Source: Calcarisporiella thermophila CBS 279.70
Taxonomy: Eukaryota; Fungi; Calcarisporiellomycota
Assembly (NCBI RefSeq): GCF_041956535.1
Contig: NW_027192205.1
Coordinates: 434,085-498,084, forward strand
DNA length: 64,000 nucleotides
Reading direction: 5' to 3'
The first letter of the stretch is position 1; each line of letters opens with the position of its first letter. The notes under the pieces are model-generated. The model saw only the letters and a list, made by a program, of their open reading frames with translations. It was not told the origin of the DNA and ran no database searches. Both the position numbers and the translations under genes were made by a program. Below are positions 37,441 to 51,200 of the stretch, piece after piece.

Positions 37441-38647
37441 AACTCATGAGGGAAATATCTCGACTCGATCTAGGAGATTTTGGGAGAGAGGAGCAAGTAG
37501 TGTGGAAATGGAATCTGAATCTAAAGGAATCGGCCGGCCCCAGCCAATGGGTGCGCGCCGCCCCTCTTTCACACGCAAAAGCAAGTTTTGCAACTCCTAA
37601 TCTGTATATTACTTGTGAAATCATGAAATGACATCTTGGGCTAGGTTGCCCCCCGAGCTCCGCTATTGCTTCTGGTCACCGCTCCGGCCGGGATGCATCC
37701 CTTCTGCAAACAGGTTGCAGCCACGACCCCAGAACAGGGCTCGGGCACCTTCTCCGTCACCTTCCCTCCCGATCACGTCGCATCACTAGGCTTCAGGAAT
37801 TGGGATGCTTCTTATGTTGCCGAGAGAGTCGACATCCCTAGAATTCGGAGAACGAGTTATTTGATCTCTTCTGTCGGCGTTCATGACCCCATGCTACTCG
37901 AGTGAGCGGCTGGCACCCGTTAGCAAAAAGCAGAACCTTCGTGTTCGTTGTACGTCACCACTATTCTTCATCCTCCCTCGCAGCTTGGCAAGGATTACTT
38001 GAGTCGCCATGGGGCTTATTACTTGTATCTGTCACAAGGATAAGCGTACAATGTTATAGATGGAGGGGCGGAGGCTTAGATGCCTCAATAGAGTTCAATG
38101 CCTGTTCTCAATTTTCTCAAAATCGACACTTTTCATGTCACCCTCGGTTTGATAGAGTCGAGATCTGTCCCACTGCTTCCAACAACACGAGTGGTTGTGA
38201 CATCATTCTGCCGTACTTATTTACAAGGGATAGACTATACAGGATACTTTGGCCATTCGGCGGCATTATGTATCTCCCTGGCATCCATTTGCTCGAGCAT
38301 TGTTCAGGTGGCCTCTCTTTTGACTCGCCGGTACCGTTTGCCATGGTTTGGTTAGAGAAAGCGAAGCTCAAGGATTATTTTTAATTGCATTTAAGAGAAG
38401 CAAGAGACAAAAGGATAGAAACGATTACAAAATCTAGACTAAAAAGGCCGCTCATACGGCTAGCAACATTAAAGGAGTGTACACCTCATCACTTCAATAT
38501 CGAACAAAAAAGAAGGTGTTTAAGGTTATTTGAGGACGTAAATAAATAAGCATTATGTAAATGATACTTCGACTCTTTTCTGAATAAATACCATGGGCAG
38601 CTCCATCTCGCCTACTTCTGCCCCCCCCCCTCCCCACTCCTACCCCG

Positions 38648-39649
38648 TTACTCGCTTGGAATCGCCTTCACTAGTCCATACGAGCAGAGGGCTGCAAATC
38701 CGCCTACAAGGAGAGTCTGAAGCGCGCCCCACACAGCCTGTTTTGGAGACAAGTAGTAGGATTTGATGTAGCCGAACACGAGCAAAGAGATACCGGTCAC
38801 AATGACGGACACAAGAAGCGCAACGTCGGCGCGAACGATGAAGAAGTAGGGGAGAAGAGGGATGAAGCCGCCAACCAGGTAGCTAAGGCCAATCGTCATA
38901 GCGGATTTCTATACAATAGAGTCACCGGCGTCAATGCCTCAATGGATCCATTCAGTATGAATGGTCAATGTTTACCCATGAGCGCTCCGGGTCGGGCTCC
39001 TCGAGATTGAGCTCGAATTTCATCATGAAGTCGACGAACTTTTCGGGGTTCGCTTTGAGGCGCTCAATCATCGGCTGAATGGTGACACGATCGAGGCCAT
39101 AAGGCTCCATAATCTCGACAATTTCCTCTTCCTCATCGGCAGGACATTCGACCACTTCCATCTCTAGTGTGTTTAAGACGCGTTGACGACATGACATTTC
39201 AAGTTATAGGAATAAGGATAAACATTACCTTCGCGGCGCCGCTCGGTGCGATAGTGTTCGGCCTCTGAACGAGCGGCAAGGTACCCGCCCAACCCCATTG
39301 AGATTGCGCCCGAGACCAATTCTACATAATGCCAAGAGCGGATTGTCATTTTACCGAGGAAAAATAAAATCAAAATAATCACGGTCCAATTACCAGCAAG
39401 GCCTCCTAGCACCACCAGCCGCGAATTTCCCAGACTCGATAATCCTGCTGCCAACGCAAAAGGAACCGTCAGTCCATCGCTGAGCCCCAAAATCATGTCC
39501 TTCACGAACTCGGCAGACTCGAAATGGTGCTCAGTGTGCGCCCCGTGACCGTGATGAGAGTGTGTCCGGACGGGCCGGTGGACGTAACGCCCAGATTCCT
39601 GAGCCTCATGGGAACCATTGAGGAGGGGGGTTGTGGAGTTTGCGGTCAT
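38648..39649 (-). CDS. CCC1: Vacuolar Fe2+/Mn2+ transporter, VIT1/Ccc1 family
   Basis: DMILGLSDGLTVPFALAAGLS, ELVSGAISMGLGGYLAA, FMMKFEL, GGFIPLLPYF. Confidence 0.93.
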
Positions 39650-40041
39650 TATGTTCTTGGTTATGGCTTGAAGAAAAATGAATGGCAATACTTTTTCGAA
39701 AAAAACACAAATAAATATGGACTCGGGATCGAATATAACCGTGAAGGTGGTTTCAGATACATGAATTGCAAAATTGATTATCCAACTGCGTAATAATCTC
39801 GATTTAGGTTCAAATACCATCGGGTATATTGGAAAAAAAAACAACCAAAGGTGAATTAGATATTACGGAAACGAGTTATAGGTAAGAGAAAACAATTAAT
39901 AGAACAAAATGCGGTGATGAACATGAGCAGACGAAGAGAGCTCACTCATTGACTCGGTGTTATAGATTAATAAAAAAGCGGCGCCCAGTCTAGGTGGACA
40001 TTAGAGGCTCCAGCTCTATCGCTTCGCCTTGTCCTTCCCCT

Positions 40042-42037
40042 CTAACAGTTTCGGGATTTTTTCTCCTCACGAAAAAATTTGAACTCCTTGGCCTCCTTCT
40101 TCCCTTTCTCCATGTTCACGAGAGACATGATCACCAACGCTAGCAAGAACATCCCAAAAATGAATATCATGCTATATCGTAGCTCGTGTGTCGCTTGTGA
40201 GATAACCCCAATGACGAGTGGGCCTAGCCAGGAGGACCCTTTGTCGGTGATTTCATAGAGGGCAAAAAACTCATTTTCATAACCCGATGGGATCAGCTAG
40301 CAAGGAAACTAATTAGTCAATGCGGGGCTCAAGCCAGGAGCTTCCATATTCAAGACGAAACAGTGGAGGGGGGATCCATACCTCTGCAAACAAAACTCGA
40401 ATGTACGACTGGCTGGCGCCCAGCAAAAGCCCATGAACCCCCGCGACCACATATAGCTCGGGGATGCTTTTTAGTCCAATGGGCAGCGCGAACCCAAGCA
40501 GCCCGTACACGGGCACTAGCAGATAGAGAAACATGAGGATCATCATCATCGACTTCGTGCGCAGCTTGGTTTTCCTCTGGATAAAGAGCCAGAAGTAATT
40601 GCCAAGCATTGCAACAAAAGGAATTTCCAGCGCGGCAATAAGGAGCTTAAGAAGACAGAAATCAAAAAGAATTAGGTGATGGCTATCGGTATTGGCTAGA
40701 TATCAAGGAGATAGCTACCTGAAGCTGAGTCATTCCGATGGATTTTTTGCCAAAAAAGACGGCAATCGTCACGATCGTGTTGAGAGCATCACTGAACAGG
40801 AACCAGGTAATGAGCAGTTTAAAGGTTTCGGACAACATCTTGGCGTGTCTGAAGGTTTCGAATGCTATTCAACGACATGAAAACATTACATGTCAGACAT
40901 GCAGTCTTTCATCCACAACTCAAAAATGAACTGTACTCTTCTTCCATGAATAGACCACAAAATTCGTGTCTCGTGGAAGCGGAGGTCCCGGCCGGGGTTT
41001 CAACCACAGAAGAGTGAACGTCATGAATCCTGCCCACCAGACCCCCGTTAGAGCAGTTGCGATCTGCATACTGTAGATGGTTTGTCCAGTGACATAGACC
41101 AGAATGGCTGCCAGTAACAGCATAATGACTCCGCCCAGATATCCCAGGGCAAATCCGACTCCTGAGATCTTATTGCAAACTGAATCGCTAATGGCGTTCA
41201 CTTCGGTCTCGCTGAGCTCTCCCTCACGGCGTGCTGAAACGACGTCGGGATGGTGGCGAGTCAGGATCGGGAGAAATGCGTACCAGAAGACAATGGAGGC
41301 GCCATAGAAGACACCACTAATTATGGTTAGGGCGGCGGCGAGTGGATAAAGCGATGGGGAGCGCACAGCAAGGAAAAGAACGAGCGAGGCCGCTCCCAGA
41401 TACGAAAAAATAAGGAGGAATTTTTTGCGAAAATCTGTATCATTGAAGAGACAGAGGTTGAGGAGGATGGACACAAGCCCCATAGAATGGGAGATACGTA
41501 CTTCCGTGGTCCGCCAATGCTCCAAGACTTATGTAAACGAATAATTGAATGATGGAAGATATAACAGTGATATAAAGTGCGAACGACGTAGAGTCGACCA
41601 GTCCGCTCCCGAAATAAGTTAGGCACTTGTAATCCGGTTTTGTCTACAATGACGCGAGCAAAAAAGCATCAGAATTAAGAGGTCCGAGAAAAAGGAAAAT
41701 AAGCGGTGCCAATTACGGTATCACACGGGGTCTTCCCGTCAGACAGCTCGACTCCAGCAGCACTTGAGAGAGTTTCCAAGATAATTCCTTGAAACACCGC
41801 GCTAAACACGACGTAGAACGGCTCATTGGCAAATCCGCACATATACCATCTTTGAGGGAAATGAGCTCAAGATCAGAATTCATCCATTTGCATGCAAGCA
41901 AATAAAATAAGCTACCCCCAGAGCTCACGCTTGGTGGTTATGGGCTCTTCGAAATCTTTTGTCAGAAGACCTAAATCATGTTCATCGTCAATCTGCTTAT
42001 CTAACTGAAGATTTCCTGTCTCCTTGTTTTCTTGCAT
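40042..42037 (-). CDS. ATG22: Atg22-family vacuolar amino-acid efflux MFS transporter
   Basis: TTKRELWGWY, LGALADHG, AFLPILTRHHP, WLKPRPGPPLP, IPSGYENEFFALYEITDKGSSWLGPLV. Exact C-terminus is near homopolymers. Confidence 0.88.
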
Positions 42038-42468
42038 GGCCGCTTGTTTATGCGATGTCAATGTACTGAGCGTCAAGCTACCAAGGAAGAAAGGGCTTGA
42101 ATTTTTTTTTTGGAGTATTTTGAGTGTCAAGCATATTTAGAGTTGAATTAATTGTGCCAGTCGATTGGATATCAAGGATAGCCCCAAAAGAATAGTGGAA
42201 GTCAGCCGAATGGTTTTGACCAGGTATTAAAGCTCCGGGTGTCACCAAATAGAAACCGAAATAGAACCCGCCAAAGCATTGTGGAGAATCTCCTAAGTGC
42301 TTGAGCAGCAGACCTATCCTGCTTTTGATAAAAGGTGTGCAAGCGACTAGTAATTTATTTATTCAAATGCAACAGGACAGTGGTAAATTCAATAATGGAT
42401 ACAATAGAGAGGCATGCTTCAGTACACTCCGAGACGTTGAAATATAGATAGACTGTCGTGAATTGGCA

Positions 42469-44470
42469 CTAATATTCATACCCCTCAATGAATCTGGTAA
42501 TCATATCTAGAGCATTTTCCTATAAAGAATAGATGGATATTAGCATCAAACTTTAAAGAATACATCTCATGGATGATATGGTCCTATACCGGTTGGTCCA
42601 AGGGTGCATAATGGCCAGCGCACAGGATGATAACTCGTTCCAATTTCCCACCTTTTGCCGCGTATCCGGCCAGGTTTCCGTTTGGTCCGATCCATAACTT
42701 CCGTGCTGCATCAGTACGTTTATATTCCTCTGCTCCGTCGTGCTTCAGGGCACGGATCCAGTCAGTATTTGAGGCGACGCCGTCGCGGTAGTCGAATGCG
42801 CCCTGGTAGAGCAATACCTTGTAGTGATTACTCTGAAGTAGCAGCTCCACATACCTGGCAGCGGATTTACATATATCAAATCGCATCTCCTCCTTTACAG
42901 CGTTATCGGATCCAAAGGATTTTTTCCCCCCCTCCAAGTGGAGAAGCTGAAGGGTTTCAGGCTTTTTCAAAAAGGCAAGCATGGGACGCTTATTAATTTG
43001 ATCCACCCTCCGCACATCATACCAGTTGACATTCCCCGTCGCGTTGGCAAACACCCCAAACATTTTGTTGCGTGCATTGCGTGCCGCGAGGAAGTCTTGG
43101 GCTTGGATATGCGAAACTACCTGGTCTGTGAGGCTTTGGATTAGATCTCGTTGTTCGGGGGAAACGAGTCCTTTAGTTTAATTAAGAAAGGAGGTCAGCA
43201 TTATAATAAAAATAGACCCAAGAAGAATCAATGAATGAGCGAGGAGGTACCCAGATAATAAGCATGAGGGCCATGGGTCGGCACTTGCGTCAATGGATCG
43301 GTCAAACCATTGCCGACTGCGAGGCCTGCCAGCGGGATCAAGTGTTCTTGAGGCCCGTTACCTACTCATTCCAGAGAAGGGTCAATGTCGTCCTCATAGC
43401 CGTTGATTCAAGGCAAATCAGCTTCTTACTTGATTTGATCTGCTCATTCCGCCGATGAATAGCATAAGAAAAAGAAGGGACATACTTGCCACCATAGCTC
43501 TCGCCTATACCATGTGTTAGCTACGAGTTAGCCGCATCCATTCCCTTGCTTGGTTGAAGAGCTGGACCCACCTGTTATATAAAGAGGCCTGCTCCGTTGT
43601 TCTGGATGCAACTCATAGAACTTGTCCATGAAAACGAGCAGATCGTTGGCGACCGCCTCTTGGTTCATAACATACCCCTCTTTAGAGTACTCTGGCTGTC
43701 CGAATTCATCATCAGTGAGAGCGTGCTTATAATCCGTGGTGAAGTTTTCGTTCAAGCTACCAAGTGATTTATTTAGGTATGAGTAGCCTAAATTTTACGG
43801 TAGTTAAAGTTAAGGAAGAAGAGAGGTTGCAAAATAGCAAAGTCGTACCTGTTCCCACAGGCTGATCTATAAATAGCATAGAATAATGCCTGCTCCATGT
43901 GCTGTTACGACGGTGAAGAAGCACATTGTGGTCCACCCATAAAGGGCCATTCTGTATACAAACGGGTCAAATTTTTGCTTGAAGAATAACTTACTCCATG
44001 AAATACCTCTAAAAACAAGCCAGTCATGGAAGAAGAGCCTGGGCCGCCTTGGAGCCATCTGCACAACAAAAAAAAAGAGTTGGAGTTAACGAAATGAGGC
44101 GGTTAAGGGTGATTCCAAGCATGAAAACACGTACATGATGAGAGGAGAGTCCTGTTTTTTGGGTTCTTCAGCAGGAAAGAACCAGTAAAACCTATATGCA
44201 GTAGAGATTGTCAGATGCACCTTTGCCCCCACAACCCAATATTACTTACAATGAGGCAAAATTCGTTGTATTTTCGGCTTTCCATTCCCGCACTTTTATA
44301 TACCCAGCATAGCTCTCAGGCTCGGCTTCTCCATTAGCCATAGGAAGGCCAGTCACTTTATCCCGGGGTTGTAGAGCGTCGGGATGGAACCGTGCAAACG
44401 AGATTCGTTGGGGGAACGCGAGGAGAAAGAGAAGGCTGAAGATAAGGAAAGACAAGGCTATGCGTCTCAT
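42469..44470 (-). CDS. Secreted/vacuolar serine carboxypeptidase (S10 family)
   Basis: Signal anchor, SYAGY, FYWFF, WLQGGPGSSSM, FIDQPVGTGYSY, GESYGGKY, AGHYAPLDQP. Confidence 0.92.
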
Positions 44471-45249
44471 CTTGGAATCATGAAATTGCTTCGAATGGGG
44501 AGAGGAAAGAGGAAGCTTTTCAGAGTCTATTCGGTGTTTGTACATGAGCATATTTTCGCTTGCTTGGCCCTGGGTTTAATACTGCTCTTTAGTGCTGCAC
44601 ACTGAATGGTCAGACGATTAGTGTGGCAAAACAAGATTAAATTCATGATGCGGCTTAGATTGTGTAGAGTGACTGGCATGGGGAGGGTGCATTATATCAT
44701 GTGCTGATGGGTTATCAGATGATCTGAAAGAACATATTGTCTCCTCGAAACGATATGTAGAATGGACGTAGTCTTTCAACAATACTACACATCTACTTTT
44801 GCGTTGACATGTCGATGGAAGTAGTTGCTTAATAATATTTTGATAGCCATCTACTCCGTGAAGCTATGTGCCTGCTTAGAGGGAAGAAGGTGTTTGGAGG
44901 TAGTGTAATAATTTAGAAAAATATAGATCGCAGGGCGTAAATTAGTATCTTCAATGTATGGATTCAAGATCAAAAAGTTGCGTGTATGTCTTCATACTTG
45001 TCCGTTTTGGCAGGTGAGGACATAACGGCGAAAATGGAAATGCTTATTTATTGCACTGGACTTTGCGCTGAGAGAGAAATTGGATTTCCAAGAAAGCTGA
45101 CGCGTCGTTGACGCGTGCAGCGAAATTACTAAAGACTCTTCCCCGGTCACAATTTTTGATTCCGATATAATTGCTCGAATTTTTAGTTATCTCTAGATAC
45201 TCTCCCTTTTTTATTATTATTATACTTCACTGTCGGATTTTAGATTATA

Positions 45250-48200
45250 ATGGCCGAAAGAATATTAGGTAAAGTCTTTATTTATATGGACTTTGTTTAT
45301 GAAAAAGTATTTATGAACTCCTGGATGCGCTTCTTTGGAATTATATACCGGATTTTAGAACTGCTCGACAATGTAGAGTTACGAATAGCGCTTGCCGATT
45401 CCGATGAACAATTTGAGAAGGCATTAGGTACTTATCTCTGTCCGGTGTTGCGAGAACTAAGGCGCCCAGAAGAATCTGTACGACGTAAATCACTAGAGAT
45501 TCTATCCCACATTGGAAAAAGAGTTCGATCTCGCCAGGCAGTAAAACTGCCAGTTGAAGAATTAGTTGCTCTGATAAGCGATAGCACCATGCCTGCAGTG
45601 GTGGGAAATGTGGCAATGATGTACTTGGGGATGGGTTTTGAGAGAATAAGTGTGGAGGTATATATCATTTGCTCCCGAAAATATGGTGATGGCAAACTAA
45701 TGTTAATTCATAGGACCGTCTGGACTATCTTCCAAAATTAGTTGCTAATATTGCTGAGCGGCCAGCACATCAACAGACATCTCTGCTTCGTATAGTGCTT
45801 CCGGTATACACTCATTACATAAAAGAAGGCGTCCATATGAATAATAATCGTTCCATTATATAGGTTTTAAAAGAAATTAAACGAGATCCCATTGTTCCCT
45901 CACCAGACCCATACAACTTTACAGAGAAACCAGAGGACGCTGTGTGTCTCTTAGGCATCTTTACTGAGGTGATGCTCTACCATCCGCCTGCTCCAGAACG
46001 AAAGTCCACTCCTGGCGAGTCAAGGTATTTTCCTATTGATTTCTTCCGAAATGAAACCAACTCAATGTCCCCTATCAATAGCGCAGAGAAAAAACCTCAC
46101 ATACCGTCCGGTATGAGTCCTAATTCAGTCAAATCCATTACCGATGATGGAAAAGCAAGCTGGACAACAAACATTCAAGAGCTGAGGTCAATCAAGGTTG
46201 GTGAAAAGTGTCAGCTCACTTAAACCCTAAACATTACTGATCTTTCAAAGGATAGCTTGGAATTCTACGTTTTATCAGCAATTCTTCTCTACTTCCTGAT
46301 GATCTTCCCGATTCGGTTATAATCAAACGCTTTTGTATCCTTCTTATTGGAGCCTGTGACCCTTCACACGAAGTTTTAGATTTAGCTGAAGACGGCTTAA
46401 AGCGATTAAAAAAGCCGGACTTGGAGGACAAAAAGGTTCTTATTTTCCTCTCTAAAAGAGTAGTTGCTTTATATCTAACAAAAATACATGGATATGCTAT
46501 ATGGGTAGACTGTGGAAGAACTGTATAAACTGTATCAAGGCTCTCTCTTCGGGAAACCGAATCCACAAGGTTAACGAGGATTTTTTTTTTTCGGATTGTA
46601 TTGAATGCTCACTTTAACCTCGCTCTCATTTTCGGTCACATTTAGCGGCCCAATCCATTCCGGCTTCGGTTTTTAGAACTCCTGCCTCTCCACCACTTAA
46701 ACATCGCATTCTAATGTATCTTTCAAAATCACGCACCGCCACCAACACTATGCCCGCCATGGTTCAGGTCGCATTCGATTGCCTGTATGGCGCGGAAACT
46801 ACACCAAAACTCAGAAACCAAGGGATGCACTTTGTACAATGGTCTGCTCGAATGGCCAATTCCGAGATTATCAGACCAATTGCCAACGTTCTGGTGTCAG
46901 GAATGCTCAAGTTTATTGAGGAACAGCGGGAGATGACTGGTAATGACGCCGAGACTTTACGAGGGTTTGGATATGTGGCCATTGGGCTCATTACCAAGAG
47001 AGGTATGTCAAATGGTCACCGTGGATAGTTGTCTATTTCGATAGAGCCAATGATTTAAGCCCCCTTATTTTTGTAAATATTTTAGTACCAGATATGTTCC
47101 GAACTGATATTCCTCTTCTCTCGAATCTCTTTTCATCCGTCTCGACCGAAACTGCCAATGTGCGAGTCTCTGTGCAAGAGGCCCTTTCTCTCATGATAGA
47201 TGTATATAAAGATTTTACAGAGCAGGTTAGCCAAGAAGACATAAGTCAGGTGGAATCCATACTGGAGGATAATATCGACAAAGTAAGTGTTCAATTCCAG
47301 AGCAATATGCCGTGCAACCAATAGCTATTTTTCATGACTAATCTTTTATTGGTTCAAAAGAACGTCCATCAAGCACGATATTCTGCCGTTAAATATGCCA
47401 CCTCCTTATTCCCTTTCACACATTCTATGGCACGATACCTCTGTCTATTAGCTTCGGCAGATGAAAAGCTTGAGGTTCGCGAGCTAGCATTAGAAGGACT
47501 CTCTTTCCCTGCGGTGGTCAACGAGCAGACCATCCCCAACTTCGAAGAACTTGTCTCATTGATACGGTCGAAATCCCCCACTCGATTGGAACGGATATCG
47601 GAGCTCTTACAACAACGCCCATCGATGGGAAGGAAATATGTGATGGGATATGAATCGGGTGTGATGCGGAACATTTTAGTGTTCTTATGGAAATTGATCG
47701 TGGCAAATGCTGACGCAAGAGCCTTTATGGACGCTGGAAGTGGCGAGATTGAGAGTTCCGGTAGGAGACGCGAAGAGCTGGAGTGGTTGGAGCTGGTACC
47801 TCGATCGCGACCACATGTGAAATTATGGATTGCCAGGAGATGGATGCAGGAGGATGGAGGGGGCATAAAAAGCTTCTTGGAGCTAGTTGATAAGGCACTT
47901 ATGGCTGAACACGCCGGGGATTTTCTACAAAGTGTGTCTGCAGGGTGTCTGTTAGAGCTGATGTCACTTGGACCCGAGGGGGTGTGTGAACGCTACTTTG
48001 GACAGGTGGACTGGTTCAAGGTAAAGCTTTATTCTTCATCCGAGGTGGCAGCTCAGACTAATCAATACTCCTGACGGTTAGTCTCGACTAAACTCAACAA
48101 AGCAGGAGGCACGGCATTTTATGTCTCATATACTTGGTCTGGTTGCTACCAGTCAACTCCCTCAGAATTCGGCTCGCATCAATGCTTTAGAAGCTCTCCT

Positions 48201-51200
48201 GCGGGAGTTATTCGACCTCCTTACTAGCCCTTCTACCGCCCGTGCAACGGAACACCGACACGGTGCCACCCTAGCAATGGGTTTCTTAATTGGTCGCCTC
48301 ACCTATCGCTATCCCAATGAGCAGTTTGTTCCACGGGAATTATTAGAAAACATCGTCCAACAATTCAGTCAACTTTTAGGCTCCAGCATGAATATGCTCG
48401 TCAGTGCAGCTTGTATTGCGTTGGCTGAAGCAGGCCGATATGGTCCCCTCCCGCAACCTGATGGCGACGCAAACAGGGAACGAATAGTGGATCCACTGAT
48501 AGGGCTGGTCAAAAGGGCAAGAGACTCCAAAGTGCAAGAGCATGCTCTCATTGCACTAGGCCACATCGCAGTCGGCGATTCATCCTTCACCTCAAAAGTA
48601 TTAGAGCTTATCTACTCTCTGCCATCCCTCGTCTCAAAGCAGGTCGAGGTACTCTTTACAGCGGGGGAGATACTTGCTTGCGTTGCTGCTGGTTGGAAAT
48701 GCTCCAATATGGAAGCCCATCTGGACGTTTCTGGAGCACCCAATCCTGCTGATAGAGTCGGAAGAGAGAAAGGAGACGAGGTGATGGAAGAGGTGATGCA
48801 TAAACTATTGAACGAGATGCTGCCTACGAATAGCCCGGCCTCTAGGAAAGCTGTGTGTGTATGGCTGTTAGGACTTGTGCGGTTGTGCGATACCCACCCG
48901 ATAATGCGAAAGGAATTGATCCGAATCCATGAGGCATTTACAATATTGCTCGGGAATAAGGATGGTAAATGACACATTTTTTTTGAATCGAGAAAGTCAC
49001 GAGTGTACATCTGCATTAACATGATGGCTATTATTTCGCAGACTTTGTGCAAGAGGCCGCCTCAAAGGGCATCGGACTTGTGTATGAGTTGGGTGATGCC
49101 ACTGTCCGTAAGCATATGGTTGATTCTCTCGCAGGGATTCTCGGTGACCGTGCAAACAGAAAAACGACCGCGCTTTCTGGCGTTACTCCTGACACCGAAC
49201 TCTTCGATGCCTCCACGCTTGGCTCCGCACCCGACGGCTCCTCATTAACAACCTATCGCTCCCTCCTCTCACTGGCCTCCGACATGAACCAGCCCGAGCT
49301 GGTAGTTAAGTTTATGCAACTTGCAAATCACAATGCCCTCTGGCAATCACGCGCGGGTGCCGCATTTGGGGTGACCGCTATCGTGGCGCAGGCTGAAGAG
49401 GAGCTGCGGCCCTATCTGGCAGATTTAATCCCGCGACTATACAGGTATCAGTACGATCCAGACCCTAAAGTGAACGCCGCCATGACCAACATTTGGCGGG
49501 TACTAGTGAAAGAGCCGAAAAAGGCGGTCGATGAGCATTTCGAAGCAATTATGCGGGGCCTCCTTGAGGGAATGGGGTCGAGGGAGTGGAGGGTTAGGGA
49601 GTCTTGCTGCTCCGGAACCACGGATCTTCTCCACGGAAGATCCATGTCGCAGTTGGAACCCTACCTCGAAGACCTATGGAATATGAGCTTCCGGGCCCTG
49701 GACGACCAAAAAGAGTCCGTTCGAACCGCGGCGTTCAAGACTTGTCGCGCGCTCACCAACATGACGGTAAGATTTGCGGACTCGGGTGTATCGAATCCCG
49801 CGGATGGCCAGCGGATGCTTGGGATTGTCATCCCGTTTTTACTGAAGCGTGGGCTGGTGTCCGATGCGGAGGACGTGCAGCGGTTCAGCTTGAATGTGAT
49901 AATCAAGCTGTGCAAACGTGGCGGAACCGTTCTAAGGCCATGGGTTGGAGAGATCGTTGGCACGCTGTTGGAGGGGATGTCGAGTTTCGAGCCACAGATC
50001 ATGAGTAAGTTAACCAGAGGATACAGAGTGTGCCCGATGATGATAGGGCCTAGTGTCTTAACATCCATCATTCTATTAGATTATTTAAGTTTTCACGTGG
50101 AACGTTATGACATATCGAGAGAACAACTAGAAACCTCAAGACTCACCGCGGCAAAAATGTCTCCTCTTGTAAATATTCCTACAACCTATCTCTATGTTCG
50201 AAAATACTCACCCGATATTGCATAAATAGATGGAAGGCATCGAGTCTTGTATTGATCTTGTTGACGAAGGCACTATGGTATCCATGCGCGACCATCTTCT
50301 CAACGTCATCCGTAAGGGTATAGGTCTTCCCTCCAAAGCCGCGTGCGCACGGTTCCTCGTTAGCGTGTGTATTCGTCGGCCGGAAGCTGTACGGTCTTCC
50401 GCTGACATGCTCCTCAAAGCAATAAGCGGTGCTATTCTTGATACCTCTCCGGCGGTGAGAAAGTCCTATGCGACCGCAGCGGGCTATGTGGCGCATTTGT
50501 GCGGAGATAGATCGATTGAGCGATTCATTGCCCACTTGAAAGGCATCTACATTGGTAACGAAGGTAGATACCGCGTATCCATGGTTCAGGGCTGGTTTGT
50601 GCTAACGCCTTCTCAATAAAAAAAGATGAGCAGTTAAGGTCTATTCCCGGAATTACTGTGCTGGAAATGACCAAGCATGCATCTGATCAACTTAAACGTT
50701 TCCAATCTACCCTCCTGCCCTTTGTCTTTTTCGGGACGCACGATGCGAACGAGAGTATTCAAAGCCACTGGAAGGATGCTTGGGAAGACAGTATCTCTTC
50801 TACTTCTGGATCCATCAAGCTATATCTTGCTGAAATCATGGATTTCCTCTTTGAACTATTTGATGCTAACTCTTGGATCACTAAGCGCCAGGCCGCGGTT
50901 ACTCTGGCGGATGTAGCCGAGATTATTGGGAAGGATATTGCCCCCTATATGGATAGGGTATTGCCAATGTTAGTGAGTAATTTGTCCGGAAGGGTATGGG
51001 AGGGGAAAGAGGCCGTCCTGAGTGCTCTGTGCAATGTTGCTGTCTCTTATCCTGAGTATTTCAAGGACCATCAGGAGAAACTAAACGAGGTTGGAAAGGT
51101 AATTGGTATATCATGCAGAGGGAAGGGGGGGGGGGGGAAGAGGGGAATGTGCAGCTAATAAGTCTGGTTTACTTTTTCTAGGTACTTCTTCGTGAATGTA

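Noticed and set aside
46015-46020. Possible GC-AG donor (GCGAGT) in ECM29
   Set aside because: Wrong phase; the GT donor at 46025 keeps the frame
46335-46342. GTATCCTT U12-like donor in ECM29
   Set aside because: Falls inside a continuous coding exon (RFCILLIGA) with no downstream U12 branch site
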